The position numbers and the translations under genes are program-made. DNA of 64,000 nucleotides from Marinifilaceae bacterium (lineage in GTDB: Bacteria; Bacteroidota; Bacteroidia; Bacteroidales; Marinifilaceae): positions 49,050 through 113,049 of the forward strand of contig JADGEF010000001.1 in assembly GCA_016744515.1 (NCBI GenBank), read 5' to 3'. Shown in pieces: positions 43,166-52,778 of the stretch (positions within the stretch are counted from its first letter, which is position 1; each line of letters opens with the position of its first letter). The notes under the pieces are model-generated. The model was not told the origin of the DNA, did no database searches, and was given only the letters and a program-made list of their open reading frames with translations.

Positions 43166-43380
43166 TAACAACGTAAAAGTGTTTTATCCTTTCGTTTGTC
43201 GAAGTTAACAAAGAAAGAACATTAAGGTTTATTTTCATTCTCTTTTCTGATAAGAATACTGACAAATAGAGGATAAAATAGAGTTGAACAATGCCGTTGA
43301 GCCCATGGGTATTCAATAGGTTCTTCTTTTCAATATCGACATTGCACCTCCTTTTTAATTCCTACGCTTATTTGTTTGCC
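43166..43380 (-). repeat. attC-like element, long type (215 bp), complete
   Basis: Minus strand GGCAAAC-AAATA-AGCGTAG ... AAAACACT-TTTAC-GTTGTTA; aligns without gaps to 45966-46180. Confidence 0.8.
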
Positions 43381-43416
43381 GAGTTTTAGTCCTAAGCTTG
43401 TGTATTATTAAAAACT

Positions 43417-43442
43417 AAGGGCTTCACCTCTGTGAAACCCTT
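43417..43442 (-). terminator. Hairpin after the DUF6261-like gene
   Basis: AAGGGCTTCAC-CTCT-GTGAAACCCTT. Confidence 0.6.
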
Positions 43443-43446
43443 AACA

Positions 43447-44175
43447 TTAAACCAATTCGGTATCAGGTTCGTTTGTTTTTCTGCGACGTTTAACTAAATC
43501 GTTATTTTTCTCGATTAACTCGGCAATTGTTTTGGCAGTAGCCTCATAGGTGGCAGGGTTTACCTTTGCCATGGTATTCATATAGCCCACCAAGTTGTTG
43601 TTAATATCAGCGATGCTCCCCTTTTTCAACTGGCTTGCCGAAGCCAAATCGTTTTTCACACTTTTACCTTCGGCCTGTTGCAATGTCAAATTTTCAAAAT
43701 CTTGTTGAGCCGCACTTGCCGCTGTAATTGTTTCGGGTACGCCCTGCAATTTTGCTATGGCTAGCACAACATCAGGTTTGTTTAAATCGTTGAGTAAGGA
43801 TTCAATATTTGCTGATTCTTCGGCATAATCCTCATTCTGTATGCTCAAGCCATATTGCTCCAATATGTTGTATACAACCAAGGCAGCTTCTTTTAGTTCA
43901 GCAATGGGAATATAGATATAGCCCTCTACCAACTTAAACAAGGCTTTAATTGCTGTATCGCGAACAAGATCTTTCTCTGCCATTTGAGAATAAACTTTCA
44001 ATCGTTTTAATGCCTCAATTAATGAGGTATTAGTAGCGCTTATTTTTTTTATTATGGGAGAAAGATAGGTGTCTGCACTCCAATCAATCTTCGCAAATGC
44101 TTTTAGAATAAGAGTTAATAATGCACTTACATCGCCATTGCGACTACTTGGTGTAATTTTTTTAATCAATGCCAT
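43447..44175 (-). CDS. DUF6261-like helical protein of unknown function
   Basis: 242 aa all-helical; RNG near the N-terminus, D..RD.AIKAL, ILEQYGLSI...YAEES..IESLL.DL resemble Bacteroidota DUF6261 proteins (recognised from memory). Confidence 0.7.
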   Translation of the reverse strand: MALIKKITPSSRNGDVSALLTLILKAFAKIDWSADTYLSPIIKKISATNTSLIEALKRLKVYSQMAEKDLVRDTAIKALFKLVEGYIYIPIAELKEAALVVYNILEQYGLSIQNEDYAEESANIESLLNDLNKPDVVLAIAKLQGVPETITAASAAQQDFENLTLQQAEGKSVKNDLASASQLKKGSIADINNNLVGYMNTMAKVNPATYEATAKTIAELIEKNNDLVKRRRKTNEPDTELV

Positions 44176-44265
44176 TCTTAGTTTTTTTAAGGATTAATAT
44201 TTATTAATTATTCAAAAAATCTTTTTTTGCTTTACCTGTATTGATTATTCAAAATGTCATTTTTT

Positions 44266-44516
44266 GCTTTGTCACTATTGATATTGGGTGAAAAATCACT
44301 ATTTCATGCTTTGTCACTATTGATATTGAGTAAAAAAACAATTTTTCATGCTTTGTTACTATTGATATTGGGTGAAAAACCAATATTTCATGCTTTGTCA
44401 TTATTGATATTGGGTGAAAAACCACTATTTCATGCTTTGTCATTATTGATATTGGGTGAAAACCATTATTTCATGTTTTACCTGTTTAGGCATTGATCAA
44501 AATACCAGTTTTTCAT
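44266..44516. repeat. 42-bp tandem repeat array (5 core units plus a variant unit)
   Basis: GCTTTGTCAYTATTGATATTGGGTGAAAAAYCAMTATTTCAT at 44266, 44308, 44350, 44392 and 44434 (41 bp); variant unit at 44475. Confidence 0.95.
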
Positions 44517-44613
44517 ATACCACTCATATTGGTATTGATCAAAAGTTCTGTATTTACTATTAGTATCTACTTTAATACGACTTACTTGTGTTTACTTATT
44601 GTAAATAGCCTAA

Positions 44614-44621
44614 CAAATATA
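44614..44621 (-). promoter_or_regulatory. Candidate -7 box for the DUF6261-like gene
   Basis: TATATTTG on the minus strand with TTTG 18 bp further upstream; would place the array inside the transcript leader. Confidence 0.45.
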
Positions 44622-44790
44622 GCAATTTTTATTACTGAACAAAAAAATGATGAAAAAATATTTATTATATTCTAAATAGCAGGGGGAAACCAAAAATTTA
44701 AGGGAATAATAAGTCATGCTCTGATTATAAGCGATCTGGAAATGTCAGAGTATGACTATGTGATGAGAAGTTATTGATTCTGATTTTCGG

Positions 44791-45239
44791 GAACAATGCC
44801 GTTGAGCCTATGGGCATTCTATTGGTCTCTCTTGTGCATTGGAGGTAGCAAGCTCACCAGAATTTCTGTACTTGCCTAAGTTAAGCCTGTTTTGTTTTAA
44901 TATCAGGTAATTATTATAGACATAATTATCTTTTTTTTGTATTATAGGACAATTAATTAGTGCTAGAATCTTTTATTTCGAATTATTCCAATTGTAACTA
45001 TCATTAATGATAGAAATATTTCAGCTCCACTTAGTAACATATTTTCAATTTTAGATTCTTTATTCTAATATTCCGAAAATACCAATGCACTGAAAATCTA
45101 TCAATAAAAAACCAAAACTGTCAATAAGTACATAGGGCTAAAATTCGAATAATCAACAGGGATATAGTTCAATCCCGATGCAAAATCGAGACAGGCTATG
45201 AACACATCGCTGGGTCTTGCAGACCGCTCATAGTTCTAT
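44791..45239 (-). repeat. About 450-bp duplicated block, copy 1 (includes a truncated long attC-like element at 44791-44886)
   Basis: Highly similar to 46086-46532; flanks the TA pair as a direct repeat. Confidence 0.95.
44963..45040 (-). CDS. Small hydrophobic peptide MLLSGAEIFLSLMIVTIGIIRNKRF (25 aa), copy 1
   Basis: ATG after an A-rich initiation region; one predicted TM helix plus a basic tail; first 24 residues identical to copy 2. Confidence 0.35.
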   Translation of the reverse strand: MLLSGAEIFLSLMIVTIGIIRNKRF

Positions 45240-45260
45240 ATTTTTACCAAACGTAATTTT

Positions 45261-45548
45261 CTACATTTGAAGGTTAAAATTCAGTTTTGCTCCTAAAGCA
45301 TTAAAAATTCTCATTACTGTTTCAAAAGTCACATTTCCTGTACTATTTTCAAGTCTAGATATTTGCGCTTTTTTTACTCCAACTAATTCTCCTAATTGTT
45401 CTTGAGTTAGTTTTCTTTTCTTCCTGGCTGTTTTAATCATATCTCCAATCAATTCAAGTTTTAACTCAAATTCATATTCGTCTCTTTCTTCAGTTCCCTT
45501 TTTTCCAATTAAAAGGTCTTCTGCTTGGTCTAAAGTGTAACTTTTCAT
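45261..45548 (-). CDS. XRE-family HTH antitoxin (HigA-like)
   Basis: IKTARKKRKLTQEQLGELVGVKKAQISRLEN; overlaps the toxin stop codon. Confidence 0.9.
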   Translation of the reverse strand: MKSYTLDQAEDLLIGKKGTEERDEYEFELKLELIGDMIKTARKKRKLTQEQLGELVGVKKAQISRLENSTGNVTFETVMRIFNALGAKLNFNLQM

Positions 45549-45886
45549 TTCTCTGTATTTTTAAAATATTCGTTTCTAATTTTATTTGCTTTGTCAATTT
45601 CTTTTTTATCGACTTTGCTTGTTTTCTTTACAATTCCGTGAGTTGCAAAAACAAGTGTTTCTGTTTTATCATCTTTATCCCAAAATGCTAAAAGTCGATA
45701 TTGAATTCCAGCATGTAGTGTTCTAAATTCCCAAATCTCGTCAGTTAATTTTTTAAAGAACTTTGGGTCAGATTGTTGTTCAGCTCTTCTTATATTCTGA
45801 AATATTTTATTTCTAGTTTTAAGATTTTGTTTTTTAATAAATTCAAAAGCTTCTTCTAGTAATTTCGTTTCAAATCGTTTTATCAT
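45545..45886 (-). CDS. RelE/ParE (HigB/Gp49-like) toxin
   Basis: FFKKLTDEIWEFRTL...YRLLAFWD...ATHGIVKKTSKVDKKEIDKA; toxin-first gene order. Confidence 0.9.
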   Translation of the reverse strand: MIKRFETKLLEEAFEFIKKQNLKTRNKIFQNIRRAEQQSDPKFFKKLTDEIWEFRTLHAGIQYRLLAFWDKDDKTETLVFATHGIVKKTSKVDKKEIDKANKIRNEYFKNTEK

Positions 45887-45911
45887 TTTTTATATAAAGT
45901 CAAATATGATA

Positions 45912-45919
45912 CAAAGATA
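45912..45919 (-). promoter_or_regulatory. -7 promoter box of the TA operon
   Basis: TATCTTTG on the minus strand, 25 bp upstream of the toxin ATG and inside the cassette boundary. Confidence 0.55.
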
Positions 45920-45965
45920 CAAAATAGTTTCGTTGAATGTAAACTTACGTATGATTTTTTTATGT

Positions 45966-46180
45966 TTGCAACGTAAAAGTGTTTTATTTTTTAGTTTGTC
46001 GAAGTTAACAAAAAAAGAGAATGAAGGTTTATTTCCATTCTCTTTTCTGATAAGGATACTGACAGATAGAGGGTGAAACATAGTTGAGCAATGCTGTTGA
46101 GCCTATGGGTATTCTATTGGTCTCTCTTTCTTACTGGTGTTACAAGTTCACTCAGACTGTTATGCCCTGCTAAGTTAAGC
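45966..46180 (-). repeat. attC-like element, long type (215 bp), complete
   Basis: Minus strand GCTTAAC ... AAAACACT-TTTAC-GTTGCAA; same length and GTT/AAC register as 43166-43380. Confidence 0.8.
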
Positions 46181-46532
46181 CTGTTTTGTTTTAATATCAG
46201 GTGATATTTAGACATAATTCGCCCTTTTTTGCATTTAGGACAATTAATTAGTGCCAGAGTCTTTTATTTCGAATTATTCCAATTGTAACTATCATTAATG
46301 ATAAAAATATTTCAGCTCCACTTAGTAACATATTTTCAATTTTAGATTCTTTATTCTAATATTCCGAAAATACCAATGCACTGAAAATCTATCAATAAAA
46401 AAACCAAAACTGTCGATAAGTACATAGGGCTAAAATTCGAATAATCAACAGGGATATAGTTCAACTCCCGATGCAAAATCGGAACAGGCTATGAACTCAT
46501 CGCTGGGTCCTGCAGACCGCTCATAGTTCTAT
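46086..46532 (-). repeat. About 450-bp duplicated block, copy 2
   Basis: Highly similar to 44791-45239. Confidence 0.95.
46248..46331 (-). CDS. Small hydrophobic peptide MLLSGAEIFLSLMIVTIGIIRNKRLWH (27 aa), copy 2
   Basis: As copy 1; the only change in codons 1-24 is synonymous (TTA/CTA). Confidence 0.35.
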   Translation of the reverse strand: MLLSGAEIFLSLMIVTIGIIRNKRLWH

Positions 46533-46790
46533 TTATTAGTTGTCATTCTAATTTTTAGAGCGATTAATGATGATTCTGTTATTGCGGCCATTTTTACTAT
46601 TGCAGGATATACTTATGAACCCTTACTCGGATTGTATGCTTTTGGCTTGTTTACGAAACTAAAGGTGAAAGATAATCTAGTGCCAGTTGTGGCTTTTTAT
46701 CCCCTATTATCTGTTCCATTTTAAAAAGCAATTTCAAAATGGATTTAGCTGGAGTATAATTAACATTTTAATATACATGTCTAAGACATG
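46533..46790 (+). pseudogene. Sodium:solute symporter C-terminal fragment
   Basis: LLVVILIFRAINDDSVIAAIFTIAGYTYEPLLGLYAFGLFTKLKVKDNLVPVVA matches the Bacteroidota SSS C-terminus AGYTYGPLLGLYAFGLFT; the 5' part is absent. Confidence 0.8.
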
Positions 46791-47019
46791 TAATATATCT
46801 GTAATATAAGGGGAGGAATACTTTTCTTGTTTTTCTAAATATATGATTTAATAATAAACATTAAAAAAGGTTAAATTAAAGTTGCTTGTGATAATTATTA
46901 ACTATACTTATAGTTGATATTGTTATGTAAGGGGTGGTGTTGTGGAGTAATGATGAGTAGTTGAGATTGATGATTCGTAACAATGATTATTAATAAATAG
47001 AAATTCACTATTACTAGGC

Positions 47020-48246
47020 ATGACGCAATTCTTAAGAAAATTATTAAATATTTCTAAATTACTTCTGTTTGTATTGACAATTTCATCATGTCAAAACAAG
47101 CAAAAAGAAATTTATACATATGCCGTTAAACATTGCGATTTCATTGATAAAATGTCGGTGATAGGTGAATTACATCCTTCAAAATCTATAAATATTTCCT
47201 GTCCTCGGTTACGAGCGGATGCAACGATTTCTTATTTGGCTGATCATGGTGAGCGGGTTGAAAAAGGAGACACTGTTTGTATTTTAGGCTCTCAAGGAAT
47301 TGTTAGTAAGTACGATCAGGCAGAAGCTGATTTGGAGAATGCAAAAGCAGAGTTTCGGAAAACAGAGGCTCGATTGCAGCTAAATACACAATTACTTATC
47401 GCCCAAAAAGAAACGATTGAAGCCAGCGTGTCTATAAAACAGTTGGATAGTATACAGCAAAAATTTGTTTCTAGTTCGCGAAAAAGAATTATCGAGTTGG
47501 AATTAAAAAAGTCAGAGCTTGAAAAGCAAAAGATTGTAAATAGGTTGAACAGTTTAAAAAAGATAAACAAATCGGAGCTTAGCCAGAAACAAATAAGAAT
47601 TAAGCAATCGGAAAATAGGTTGAAAAGTGCTAAAACACAATTGGCTCAATTGCTGATAACAGCTCCAAGTTCTGGGACATTCTTACGTGCTAAGAATCGG
47701 AGAAACAACAAAAGAATGAGTACTGGTGATGTTCTTTGGGGAGGTGCGGCCATTGGGAAAATTCCTAATTCTTCCTTTTATCAGGTGAAATTAGCTCTTA
47801 CGGAACAAGAATGTAAACGCATCGAAAAAGGGTTTTATTTTGAGGCTCGTATGGATTCAAGCAAACTGGTTTGTGGGAAGATAAAAAACAAGGCTTCTGT
47901 TGGAATTCCAATACATCAGAAATCCGAGGTGAAGATGTTTGAAGTAATTGCAACAATTGATTCGCTCAATTTTGAACCAAAACCGGGACAATCGATCCTC
48001 TGCAAAATAACAACAAAAGAAATTCCAGATGCATATGTATTGCCTTTATTGTCTATTTTTCAGGAGGACAGTACTCAGACAGTATATGTTGAAATTAAGG
48101 ATAAATTTGAGAAACGAGATATTAAAATCATTTATAAGAATGCTGTTCAAGCAATAGTACAAGATGGTTTTACTGACAAAGAAAAAGTTGCATTAACAAT
48201 ACCTCATAATAGTCTAATCGTGAATAATGACTCATCCAATGAATAA
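47020..48246 (+). CDS. HlyD/MacA-type periplasmic adaptor 1 (lipoprotein)
   Basis: Lipobox LTISSC, GELHPSKSINISCP, long coiled coil, LITAPSSG. Confidence 0.9.
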   Translation: MTQFLRKLLNISKLLLFVLTISSCQNKQKEIYTYAVKHCDFIDKMSVIGELHPSKSINISCPRLRADATISYLADHGERVEKGDTVCILGSQGIVSKYDQAEADLENAKAEFRKTEARLQLNTQLLIAQKETIEASVSIKQLDSIQQKFVSSSRKRIIELELKKSELEKQKIVNRLNSLKKINKSELSQKQIRIKQSENRLKSAKTQLAQLLITAPSSGTFLRAKNRRNNKRMSTGDVLWGGAAIGKIPNSSFYQVKLALTEQECKRIEKGFYFEARMDSSKLVCGKIKNKASVGIPIHQKSEVKMFEVIATIDSLNFEPKPGQSILCKITTKEIPDAYVLPLLSIFQEDSTQTVYVEIKDKFEKRDIKIIYKNAVQAIVQDGFTDKEKVALTIPHNSLIVNNDSSNE

Positions 48247-49456
48247 AATTTACATTTTCTTGTTAATTTTCTTTTGCCATGCGTGTTCTTCTGGTGAAGA
48301 AAATGAAATATCACTTTACAAAGTAGAAAGAGGTGATTTATCGATTACTTTAAATGAAGAGGGCGAACTCAAAGCTTTAAATTCAACAAATATCTCATCT
48401 CCAAATATTTCCTGGCGATTTGGAAGTTTGAAAGTGATTAAAATTATTGATGATGGTACTGAGGTGATTAAAGGAGATACGGTAATCGTATTTGATCCTT
48501 CGGAAGTTGGAAAAGTAATTGAGCAATCGGAAAATGATTTGGCCATTGCACGTGCTGAATTGGAAAAGAACAAAGCTGAGCAAGCATCAAAATTAGAAGA
48601 GTTGGAATCGAATTTCAAGATTACTGAAATTTCTCATCGCATTTCTGAAATTAATTTTGAATTGGCGGAATATGAGGCTGAAGTAACTAAAAAAGAGATT
48701 GAGTTAAAGCTGAAGAAGGCAAAAATATCCTTAGGAAAAGCAAAGGGGGAAATTGAAAATACGAAAAAGATCCAATTTGAGGAGTTAAAACAAACTTTCT
48801 TGAGAATAAAGCAGTTGGAATCAAGAATGAAAGATGGGATTGACGCATTAAAAAGTTTGACTGTAATAAGTCCAGCACCAGGAATTGCAATTTTAACTAA
48901 GAATTGGAGTACGGGAAATAAATGGCAGGTGGGAGATCAAACTTGGCCTGGAAATCCAATGATTAGCCTTCCGGATTTAAGCCAAATAATAGCTGCTGTA
49001 AAAATTAATGAAATTGACATCTCAAAAATTTGTTCATCGCAGAAGGTAGACGTGAAATTAGATGCCTACTCTGATACAGTATTTTCGGCTGAGGTAACGA
49101 AAATTGCCAATTTAGCTGAAAGTAAGAATGGTAAAGACAAGATTAAAGTTTTCCCAATTGAAACGCTGATTGATGGAACATCGCCAAAGTTGCTTCCAGG
49201 AATGACTGTTAGCTGTAGTATTATAATTGATGAAATAAAAGACCAGTTGCTAGTGCCTGCGGATGCATTATACTCAAAGAAAAATATACATTGGGTGTAT
49301 GTGAAAGAGGGTAGTTCATTCAAGAAAAAAGAGGTAACTATTGGACCTTCGAATAGTGATTATGTTGTTATAAATGAAGGAATAGAGGAAGGTGACAAAC
49401 TTGCACTAACAAATCCTTATCCGGAAGATAAACAAGAAAATGAATCAGATGAATAA
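48239..49456 (+). CDS. HlyD/MacA-type periplasmic adaptor 2 (lipoprotein)
   Basis: Lipobox FFCHAC, GELKALNSTNISSP, TVISPAPG, LLPGMTVSC. The ATG at 48239 is preferred over 48227. Confidence 0.9.
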   Translation: MNKIYIFLLIFFCHACSSGEENEISLYKVERGDLSITLNEEGELKALNSTNISSPNISWRFGSLKVIKIIDDGTEVIKGDTVIVFDPSEVGKVIEQSENDLAIARAELEKNKAEQASKLEELESNFKITEISHRISEINFELAEYEAEVTKKEIELKLKKAKISLGKAKGEIENTKKIQFEELKQTFLRIKQLESRMKDGIDALKSLTVISPAPGIAILTKNWSTGNKWQVGDQTWPGNPMISLPDLSQIIAAVKINEIDISKICSSQKVDVKLDAYSDTVFSAEVTKIANLAESKNGKDKIKVFPIETLIDGTSPKLLPGMTVSCSIIIDEIKDQLLVPADALYSKKNIHWVYVKEGSSFKKKEVTIGPSNSDYVVINEGIEEGDKLALTNPYPEDKQENESDE

Positions 49457-49474
49457 TAAAGCTCAATTTTAGTT

Positions 49475-50668
49475 ATGGAAAAAATTAAGATACTATTATT
49501 GGCAGGTATGTTATTCCTCATTTCCTGCAATACGCAAAGTAAAGACTCTGAATTTGAAGTGAAGAAAGGATACTTTAAGGCTTCGGTAATTGAGTCGGGT
49601 GAACTGCAGGCTATAAATGCAGTTAGCATAAACATGCCGCCTATTGGGTTCAGATATGGTTGGCAATTTAAAATTATCGATTTGGTTGAAAACGGAACGA
49701 TTGTTACTGCTGGAGAAAATATCGCAAAAATTGATCAAGCATCGGTTCGGAAAAGGATCATTGATTTGGAAACACACTTGAATCTTGAAGATGCTAATTT
49801 GAACAAGTTGATTATTCAGCAAAGCAACAAAAAAAGAAGCCTTGAAACAAGCCTTGAGGAAGAACAAGCCAATTTTGAGCTTAAAAAGTTGGAAGTAGAA
49901 ACTTTCAAGTTTGAATCTCCACAAAAACAAAATGTAAAAAAACTAGAGTTCGAACAAGTTAAAATCAACAAGGAAAAAGCAATTCGGAATATTCAGCGAC
50001 AAAAAATAATCAGGAAGAATCAGATAATGATTCAGACGATGAAAGTGGATCAGATAAAGTTGAATATTAAAGAGGCGAATAAAGCAATTAAACAATTGGA
50101 CATTATTAGTCCCATTAATGGAATTGTGCAACTTAAAAGAAATAGAAGAACGAATCAGAACTATAAGATAGGTGATGAAATGCACTTAGGACAGTCATTC
50201 GCCTTGGTGCCTGATATTAATTTCATGAAGGTGAAAACCAGTATCAATGAAATGGATTACAAAAAAATTAAAATAGGACAAAAGGTAAATGTTCGATTAG
50301 ATGCTTTGCCATCGGTCATTTTTAAAGGAGAGCTTTGCTTGTTAGGCAAGCTGAGTAAACCCAAAGAAAGGGACAGTAAAATTAAAGTCTTCGATGCGGA
50401 AATCACCATTCTTAATAATGATGAAAGATTAAAACCGGGAATGACCGTGAGTTGTGAAATTATATATGCCGATCATGAAAATGCCTTGTATGTAAACAAT
50501 GATTGTCTTTTGCGTGAAAATGGTAAGTACTATATTTTTCCTAAAAAGAACAAGAAGCAAGAGGTACATGTGGGTTTTTCCAATAATAAATACACCCATA
50601 TATTGGATGATTTGGAAAAAGGACAGAATTTGTATCAAGCCAACAGGGGAAATGAACCTGCAATTTAG
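49475..50668 (+). CDS. HlyD/MacA-type periplasmic adaptor 3 (lipoprotein)
   Basis: Lipobox LFLISC, GELQAINAVSINMP, IISPING, LKPGMTVSC. Confidence 0.9.
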   Translation: MEKIKILLLAGMLFLISCNTQSKDSEFEVKKGYFKASVIESGELQAINAVSINMPPIGFRYGWQFKIIDLVENGTIVTAGENIAKIDQASVRKRIIDLETHLNLEDANLNKLIIQQSNKKRSLETSLEEEQANFELKKLEVETFKFESPQKQNVKKLEFEQVKINKEKAIRNIQRQKIIRKNQIMIQTMKVDQIKLNIKEANKAIKQLDIISPINGIVQLKRNRRTNQNYKIGDEMHLGQSFALVPDINFMKVKTSINEMDYKKIKIGQKVNVRLDALPSVIFKGELCLLGKLSKPKERDSKIKVFDAEITILNNDERLKPGMTVSCEIIYADHENALYVNNDCLLRENGKYYIFPKKNKKQEVHVGFSNNKYTHILDDLEKGQNLYQANRGNEPAI

Positions 50669-50717
50669 GCTGAAGAACAAATGTTATTTTGTTTAAAGAA
50701 TACCACATCTATCAATA

Positions 50718-51992
50718 ATGAACCAAAGACGAACCAGTCAAAAACGAACTTCCATGCAATTAGAAGAAAACGTACAAGCTGCCTTTAATGGCTTGAAAGA
50801 GCATAAATTCAGATCTTTTCTGACCATGTTGGGGATTATTTTTGGTGTAGCATCCGTTATTGCCATGCTTTCTATTGGAGAGGGTGCCAAACGAGAAGCC
50901 ATTAAAAAGTACCAACAGTTGGGTGTTAATAACATTATCATACGAGATATGGATCTTTCTGATAAAGAATTGGAGAACATGCGAGCCAAATTTTCGCCGG
51001 GCTTATCTCTTAAAGATGCACAAGCAATACGCGATATTGTACCTCATGTTGTTGATGTGGCACCGCAAGCCGAAAAAAAGGCTGATATCAAATATCAGGA
51101 CAAATCTGTAAAAGCAACACTAATTGGAGTCACTCCAAGTTATTCTGAGATCTTAAATTACTCAGCAGATAAAGGCAATTTCATAACGCAAGATCATCAG
51201 AACAGGCAATTAAAGGTGTGTGTGATTGGAATCGATATTGCCTCCAAGTTTTTCTCGATTGAAAATCCTATTGGAAAAAGTATTAAAGTGGATGATCAGT
51301 GGTTGGAAGTGGTTGGTGTATTAGCAAGTAAATCTCTTTTTACCGAGACAGTTGGGGAGTTAGCATCGCGAGATTTGAACTCTGATATCTATATTCCTTT
51401 ATCAACCTTCCACAAACGATTTGAAAAAGAAAAATTATTTTCGAGTGAACTAAAGCAGATAACCATTAAGTTGGAAGGATCTCAGAATATTACTCAAATA
51501 GCTGAGATTGTAGAAAATTTAGTAGATCGTCATCACTTCAGTAATAAAGATTTTAGCATTGTAATTCCGGTTGAGCTTTTAAAACAGGAAGAAAAAGAGA
51601 GACGGATTTATAACATTCTTTTAGGATCGATTGCTGCTATTTCACTTTTGGTAGGGGGAATTGGAATTATGAACATCATGTTGGCAACTGTAATGGAAAG
51701 AACTCGAGAAATTGGAGTTAGAAGAGCAATTGGAGCAAAAAAACATGACATTTTATCTCAATTTATCACGGAATCGTTAGTCCTAAGTATTATAGGTGGA
51801 ATTATAGGGGTAATTATTGGTCTTTCTTTCTCTATTAGTATTTCATTTTTTACAGAGATAACCACGAGTGTTACTTTGTATTCGGTACTTGTAGCTTTTT
51901 TATTCTCTGTAATAGTAGGTGTTACTTTTGGATATTTACCTGCTCGTAAGGCAGCTCAACTTAGCCCAATTGAATCCATTCGTCACGAATAA
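50718..51992 (+). CDS. MacB/FtsX-type ABC transporter permease
   Basis: RSFLTMLGIIFGVASVIAMLSIGEGA, GGIGIMNIMLATVMERTREIGVRRAIGA; the true start may be 50754. Confidence 0.95.
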   Translation: MNQRRTSQKRTSMQLEENVQAAFNGLKEHKFRSFLTMLGIIFGVASVIAMLSIGEGAKREAIKKYQQLGVNNIIIRDMDLSDKELENMRAKFSPGLSLKDAQAIRDIVPHVVDVAPQAEKKADIKYQDKSVKATLIGVTPSYSEILNYSADKGNFITQDHQNRQLKVCVIGIDIASKFFSIENPIGKSIKVDDQWLEVVGVLASKSLFTETVGELASRDLNSDIYIPLSTFHKRFEKEKLFSSELKQITIKLEGSQNITQIAEIVENLVDRHHFSNKDFSIVIPVELLKQEEKERRIYNILLGSIAAISLLVGGIGIMNIMLATVMERTREIGVRRAIGAKKHDILSQFITESLVLSIIGGIIGVIIGLSFSISISFFTEITTSVTLYSVLVAFLFSVIVGVTFGYLPARKAAQLSPIESIRHE

Positions 51993-52004
51993 ATCCTCAG
52001 AATC

Positions 52005-52727
52005 ATGTTGATAGAAATTAAAGATTTACGAAAAAAATACATCATGGGTGAGATGGAAGTTGAAGCTCTTAGTGGTGTGAACTTAAGTATTGCAGCAAAC
52101 GAATTTGTTAGCATTATGGGGCCATCAGGTTCTGGGAAATCTACCTTGATGAATATACTTGGTTGTTTGGATACTCCAACCGGAGGGCAATACCTTTTTG
52201 ATTCAATTGATATTTCATCACGAACAGATGATGAACTGTCGGAAATTCGAAACAAAAAAATAGGTTTTATTTTTCAAACATTTAACCTGCTTCCCAAGTT
52301 GGATGCTTTGCAAAATGTAGAGCTTCCATTAATGTATTCTGGTGTTGATAAAAAGGAAAGACGTGAACTTGCAAAAAAAGCATTGAAAAGGCTTGGTTTG
52401 GAAAGCAGAATGAATCACAAACCTAATGAATTATCTGGAGGACAAAGACAGCGTGTTGCTATTGCGCGAGCTTTGGTTACGAATCCTGAAATAATATTAG
52501 CTGATGAACCAACTGGGAATTTGGATACTAAAACTGGTCGCGAAATCATGGAAATTTTTAGAGAGCTGCATCAGGAAGGTAATACGATTATTTTGATTAC
52601 ACACGAGCATGAAATTGCTCAGCAAGCTAATCGTGGAATTATTATTCGAGATGGACTTATTACAAAAGATGAACTAAACGATCAAAAGAATACGCTTCTC
52701 TCTGAAGAGGTGGATGAATTAAAATAA
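52005..52727 (+). CDS. ABC transporter ATP-binding protein (MacB/LolD type)
   Basis: [35 protein letters not shown]. Confidence 0.97.
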   Translation: MLIEIKDLRKKYIMGEMEVEALSGVNLSIAANEFVSIMGPSGSGKSTLMNILGCLDTPTGGQYLFDSIDISSRTDDELSEIRNKKIGFIFQTFNLLPKLDALQNVELPLMYSGVDKKERRELAKKALKRLGLESRMNHKPNELSGGQRQRVAIARALVTNPEIILADEPTGNLDTKTGREIMEIFRELHQEGNTIILITHEHEIAQQANRGIIIRDGLITKDELNDQKNTLLSEEVDELK

Positions 52728-52778
52728 GCCAAGTAATCAATTATTAGTACATATTACTCCAAAGATAAAGATACAAAC

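Noticed and set aside
43122-43316. ORFs 43122-43316 and 45890-46081
   Set aside because: They read through the non-coding repeat elements and are not conserved as frames between copies.
44249-44496. ORFs 44249-44443 (-) and 44254-44496 (+) as repeat proteins
   Set aside because: They arise from the 42-bp period; the 41-bp unit and variant units break both frames, and the second locus has only one unit.
44266-44516. 42-bp array as a CRISPR
   Set aside because: Units are contiguous with no unique spacers, and no cas genes are present.
45261-45886. Prophage remnant, suggested by the Gp49-like toxin and XRE protein
   Set aside because: No structural, replication or integrase genes nearby; the pair is a standard toxin-first TA operon.
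46455-46532. Hammerhead ribozyme in the hairpin-rich end of the repeat block
   Set aside because: GCGATGAG only resembles CUGAUGA, and there is no GAAA core in the right place.
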